Positions 60,048 through 64,000 of a stretch of DNA of 64,000 nt are shown piece by piece. Both the position numbers and the translations under genes were made by a program. Below the pieces are notes generated by a model. The model had not been told where the DNA came from, made no database searches, and worked only from the letters and a program-made list of their open reading frames with translations. The number at the start of each line of letters is the position of its first letter. Position 1 is the stretch's first letter. Source of the stretch: Cenarchaeum sp. (GTDB taxonomy: Archaea > Thermoproteota > Nitrososphaeria > Nitrososphaerales > Nitrosopumilaceae); the NCBI GenBank assembly GCA_965242695.1, contig CBDESU010000001.1, positions 1,440,001 to 1,504,000 of the forward strand, read 5' to 3'.

Positions 60048-60239
60048 GTGCCCAGTGCGAGGGAGGAAATTGCAAGGATTCTCGCAGAGGTCGAAAGTGA
60101 CAGTGCGCTGCCCCGCGGCATGCTGAAGAGGGTATACGACATGGAGGCAGGCGTCGTTCACCTGCGATCGCGCGAGCGCATCTACAGCGACCTCAGGGAG
60201 ATGATAGCCGACGCGGCGGCTGAAAGCAAGGAGGCGTAG
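60048..60239 (+). CDS. Small helical protein, PbeB-like by position
   Basis: 63 aa directly upstream of a CxC ATPase; its 3' end carries a GGAGG site for the next gene. Confidence 0.6.
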   Translation: MPSAREEIARILAEVESDSALPRGMLKRVYDMEAGVVHLRSRERIYSDLREMIADAAAESKEA

Positions 60240-60242
60240 CGC

Positions 60243-62180
60243 ATGCTGTTCAAGAGGATCGAGATGTACAACTTTGGTAGGTATGCGGGAAAAAACACCT
60301 TCGACACGACAGTGACGCGCGAGCGGAACGTTATACTCGTGAGGGCTCCCAACGACAGGGGGAAGACTACGCTGTTCAAGGCCATCAAGTTCGCCCTCTA
60401 CGGTGACAAGGACGCTCCGGCGAGCAGCTGGATCAACTTCCAGGCAGCGGCCGAGGGCGACGGGGAGATGTACGTTGAGATAGTGTTCGACGATGGAGGC
60501 GAAGAGTACCGGTTGAGGCGATCTGCGGCGTTCAAGAAGACGCCCCGAGGCGAGGAGATAAACACGAAAGGGATCCCCAAGTTCGAGCTGTTCAGCGGGG
60601 ACGGCGAGGTGGCGACTGGAGCCTCCGAGAGTGAAGGCAGGGACAAAGTCGATGCGATGCTCCCAAGGGATGCTAGCCAGTTCTTCTTCTTTGACGGCGA
60701 GGAGATTCAAGGGTACATAAAAAACCAAAGCTCGCACGTGAAGCTTGCGATAGAGAAGATCCTTGGCATAAAGGAGATGTTTAATGCTGCGGATGATCTG
60801 TTTCACATCAAGGGCGGCCTGGACGCAGAGTACACCCGAATCGCAAAGAGCCACACCAAAAGCCAAAGGGACAAGGGAAAGCTCGAAGGGGTAGAGCGGG
60901 ATCTGTCCGAGATCCAAGACAGCATAGACGCGAACGAGACCCTACTGAAAGGCGCTGCAAGTAGGCATAGAGAGCTCAAGGAGGCCCTTGCTCAGTACGA
61001 GTCGATAAAAAGCGTCGTGGAGGAGAGGGACCGGGCCGAGGCAGAGTGCGCCAGGATCGAGGGGGGGATCAAGGAGGTCGACAAGGCGCTTGCCAAGCAG
61101 TGGGGAGACCTAGGCATAAGCATGCTTGTCGGACTCCTTTACATCATTGACAGTGGGGGGGAGGCGGGTGCAATGGCCGACGAGTGTGAGTCAAAGATCG
61201 TACAGCGCATGGTCGAAGGGCATGCAAAGACCTGCATCTGTGGTAGGCCCATAGACGACAAGTCGTACAGGGTGCTAGAGTCAAGGGCACGCCGCGTCGA
61301 GCCACCAGTTGCCCTGTTGCTCAAGCGCTTTGTAGAGAGGATGCTCATTGACCTTCGGCCCGGCCAGCGCGCAACCGACCTGAGGCAATCCGTCGAAAAG
61401 CGATCCTCGTATGTAAAGGACATGGACGCGCAAAAGAGTGCCATACAGAGGTGCATGTCAGAGATCAAAAAGGCGCCAGTCGAGGGCGTGGCAAGGCTAG
61501 AGAGCGAGTACGAAGAGTCGGCCAGGGACATGGGCAAGTACGAGCGCGACATCCAGGCACTGTTCATTGCAAAGCGGAAAAAAGAGGCAGACAGAGAGAA
61601 GATCGAGTGGAAGATAGAGGCAAGCACCGACGATGTGCAGCTCCAACAGGCCAAGAACAGAAAGACCGTGTGCGACGCTGTTATAGGCGGAATCGAGCAG
61701 GCCATCGAACTGTTTTATCAAAATCGGAAGCCCGAGCTGGAGGGTCACGTGTCAAGGATATTCACGCGGCTGACGAACAACCCCGGCCTCTACAAGGGGA
61801 TCAAGATCGATCGGGAGTTCAACTTAGTCGTCGTCCGTCACGACGGCACCGAGCTTCCGACAGACACGTACAGTCCGAGCCCGGGGGCTTCGCAGACGGT
61901 GGCGACCGCGATGATCGGCGGGATGAACAGGTTTGCGACAAGAGATGCTCCCATCGTAATAGACACGCCACTCGGAAGGCTCGACGACATCCACAGGGCC
62001 AACGTCATGAGGTATTACTCCGAAATGGGCAGGCAGGTCATCATACTTTATCAACCCAGTGAGATCGGCGGGGAGGACATGGAAGGCATCAGGGATCAGT
62101 TGGCCTCTGAGTGGGACATAGAATTGCTAACGGACAAGCCAGACTTGTCGCGGATCACAAGAAAGGTGACGTATATATGA
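60243..62180 (+). CDS. Second SMC/Rad50-type CxC ATPase (PbeC/DndD-like)
   Basis: APNDRGKTT, FFFFDGE, CICG, atypical signature SPGA, IDTPLGRLD. Confidence 0.8.
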   Translation: MLFKRIEMYNFGRYAGKNTFDTTVTRERNVILVRAPNDRGKTTLFKAIKFALYGDKDAPASSWINFQAAAEGDGEMYVEIVFDDGGEEYRLRRSAAFKKTPRGEEINTKGIPKFELFSGDGEVATGASESEGRDKVDAMLPRDASQFFFFDGEEIQGYIKNQSSHVKLAIEKILGIKEMFNAADDLFHIKGGLDAEYTRIAKSHTKSQRDKGKLEGVERDLSEIQDSIDANETLLKGAASRHRELKEALAQYESIKSVVEERDRAEAECARIEGGIKEVDKALAKQWGDLGISMLVGLLYIIDSGGEAGAMADECESKIVQRMVEGHAKTCICGRPIDDKSYRVLESRARRVEPPVALLLKRFVERMLIDLRPGQRATDLRQSVEKRSSYVKDMDAQKSAIQRCMSEIKKAPVEGVARLESEYEESARDMGKYERDIQALFIAKRKKEADREKIEWKIEASTDDVQLQQAKNRKTVCDAVIGGIEQAIELFYQNRKPELEGHVSRIFTRLTNNPGLYKGIKIDREFNLVVVRHDGTELPTDTYSPSPGASQTVATAMIGGMNRFATRDAPIVIDTPLGRLDDIHRANVMRYYSEMGRQVIILYQPSEIGGEDMEGIRDQLASEWDIELLTDKPDLSRITRKVTYI

Positions 62181-62647
62181 CCGAGATAAGGCGCATAACA
62201 ACCGAAAAGTGGGAGATACTCACATCACACAACGACGACTATGAAAAGCTTGTCACAAGGGGAAAACTCTTCCCTACAAAGCACCACCTCTTTGCAGCAG
62301 GGCTAGTGTACGGATTGCTACACGACAAGCGGTACGACAAAAAGCCCACGGTTGCGATTACAAAACTTTTTTCGATCGGCGACAAAACGACAACTGGTGT
62401 CATTGACATGGTATTCTGGGTTTTGAACAACGAAAAAGATGATAAAAAAGTGTGGGCAGAAATGCTCCACATTGCGGACGGAGGAGTCATGGCACTGAGC
62501 GAGATGTATGATTCAGGAGGAGGCAACATTGACATATCGCGCCTGTTGGACGACGCCAAAGCGTTGTGGCCAAGACGGGCCAATGGCCTTTACAACATAG
62601 GCACGGCGACAAGCAAGCAGGGCAGGACGGCAACACTGCCAGAATGA
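62177..62647 (+). CDS. PbeD-like / Dnd-associated small protein
   Basis: HLFAAGLVYG...IADGGV motif parallel to 44894-45352; ATGA overlap. Confidence 0.6.
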   Translation: MTEIRRITTEKWEILTSHNDDYEKLVTRGKLFPTKHHLFAAGLVYGLLHDKRYDKKPTVAITKLFSIGDKTTTGVIDMVFWVLNNEKDDKKVWAEMLHIADGGVMALSEMYDSGGGNIDISRLLDDAKALWPRRANGLYNIGTATSKQGRTATLPE

Positions 62648-63073
62648 CGATCTATTTTGGGAGCCTCGACAGAGGCCGTCCAGGAGCGCACGAGTACACA
62701 AGGAAACTAAAGATCATGGGGGCATTTTGAGCGGGCGCATGCAACCAATCCCGACACGGCCTGCGACATCACCACGACATCGAAAAGTGATGTCCATATC
62801 AGCGTGTGTAATAGTCAAGAGGTGTGTTTGAGACATATCAAACGCGGATGCTAGGATTACACATGATAGAAGTCTATTTTTAATGCAAACACTAAAAGAG
62901 TAAATTAAACCTATACACCTAGAAATATACCGACAATTGCTTACGGCTGAAAAGCAAACAAACATGAGTGACTACTACGATATTTGCCAAGGAAGTCAAT
63001 TTTAAACGCTGTACAGTATTTGGGCAGAATCACTACATATAATAACCCACGCAGGGACGGGCCAGACGTGACG

Positions 63074-64000
63074 ATGAAGGGGAAGTTTGATGAAACGCAT
63101 GCTGAGCGCATAAGTGCCCTTTTAACCTCACAAGACATCCCGATGCAGTCGTTTGTCGTACCAAGGTTTCAACGAAACTACGCGTGGAGGCATGACAGAG
63201 AAGCAGGGAAGTTGTGGGAGGATGTATATGACAACTACGTAGAGTACAAAGAAAATATTCCCGAGAACATTATCGATGGGCAGTACATGCTCGGTCCGCT
63301 GGTACTGTTAGAAGACAAGAAAGAAGAATTTGAATGGCAAGTGATTGATGGACAACAGCGTCTAGCCACATTAACCACACTTTTTTGTGTAATAAGAGAC
63401 ATATTCTTTGTCCTAAGAGAGCATTTGACCAACGATGAGGGTTACAAGTTATCCAAATCACTCATTGAAAAAGAGAGGTTCGATGAAGATGATATCGAGT
63501 CAAAGCTAGAGCCAAAGCTACAACTAAATCATATCGATAGGGGCTTCTTTTTCGAAATGATTCAAAAAGAAGGCGATCCTGACGCTAAACTTTCTGCGTG
63601 GGTCAGCAAGGCAAAAGGCCAAAAAAAGACGATCCCAACATCCCATAAACTACTTATGAAATGCTATGAAGAATTCTACGATGAGGTTGAAAGGGCCTTG
63701 CTGACAGGGTTTGTTGATCGAAATGAAGCTGAAAGTAGGTTAAAAGAAAAAGAAGAACAAATTGAAAAAGATTTGACAAGAGACATGGCAGCAAACCCTG
63801 AAAAATACGGTTTTGAGGGTGGCTTTTTTTTGAGGCATTGGGATGGAGAAAAATTTGTGCAAGATGGCAAAATAGATGAAAATGAGCGTGCAGATTATGA
63901 GCGAATAAAGGCGATGCCAAGTGGCAGAAGGCACCAAGACGCTAGTGAGTACGTAAGATACATTGTTAGTCAAAAAGAAAAAAAATTCAGAAAGCGACTC
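63074..64000 (+). CDS. DUF262 (GmrSD/SspE-type N-terminal) protein, 3'-partial
   Basis: Frame open to the window end; VPRFQRNYAW, YMLGPLVL, IDGQQRLATL; markedly AT-rich. Absent from the ORF track because it has no stop in the window. Confidence 0.9.
   Translation, partial: MKGKFDETHAERISALLTSQDIPMQSFVVPRFQRNYAWRHDREAGKLWEDVYDNYVEYKENIPENIIDGQYMLGPLVLLEDKKEEFEWQVIDGQQRLATLTTLFCVIRDIFFVLREHLTNDEGYKLSKSLIEKERFDEDDIESKLEPKLQLNHIDRGFFFEMIQKEGDPDAKLSAWVSKAKGQKKTIPTSHKLLMKCYEEFYDEVERALLTGFVDRNEAESRLKEKEEQIEKDLTRDMAANPEKYGFEGGFFLRHWDGEKFVQDGKIDENERADYERIKAMPSGRRHQDASEYVRYIVSQKEKKFRKRL

Noticed and set aside
1-64000. tRNA/rRNA genes, transposases, integrases, cas genes
   Set aside because: None recognised by eye; tRNAscan-SE, Infernal and HMM searches are needed to exclude them formally.

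Overview
A GC-rich archaeal accessory/defence region. A CFI-box-CTERM protein, TATA-type promoters and a Thaumarchaeota-like Cys-rich zinc ribbon point by inference to a Nitrosopumilaceae/Cenarchaeum-like host. Left half (1-31.7 kb): a duplication-rich, partly decayed mosaic with an AVAST-like STAND ATPase, two copies of a TRAFAC GTPase + GAP1-like pair, a pentapeptide membrane protein, small HNH/zinc-ribbon/wHTH genes, an RNase H-like exonuclease, a GHKL ATPase/AbiEi-like fusion with a broken AbiEii-like nucleotidyltransferase, and an AAA_14-DUF4143 ATPase. Right half (31.8-64 kb): a DNA phosphorothioation island. Two diverged, convergent dndBCDEA operons flank an EVE/PUA-like-HNH gene, a pbeABCD-like block and a tandemly duplicated two-gene module I do not recognise (wHTH/Mrr-like/KOW/SWIM protein plus a zinc-ribbon/HNH-repeat protein). 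A second pbeBCD-like trio and a DUF262 gene follow at the right edge. The strongest unexplained signal: five unrelated loci each carry a 35-38 bp direct duplication around a unique 34-37 bp insert (period 72, once 71), and one has an empty paralogous site in the window. This is the geometry expected of ectopic CRISPR-spacer-like integration, although no cas genes are present here. All family calls come from motif reading by eye; no database searches were run.
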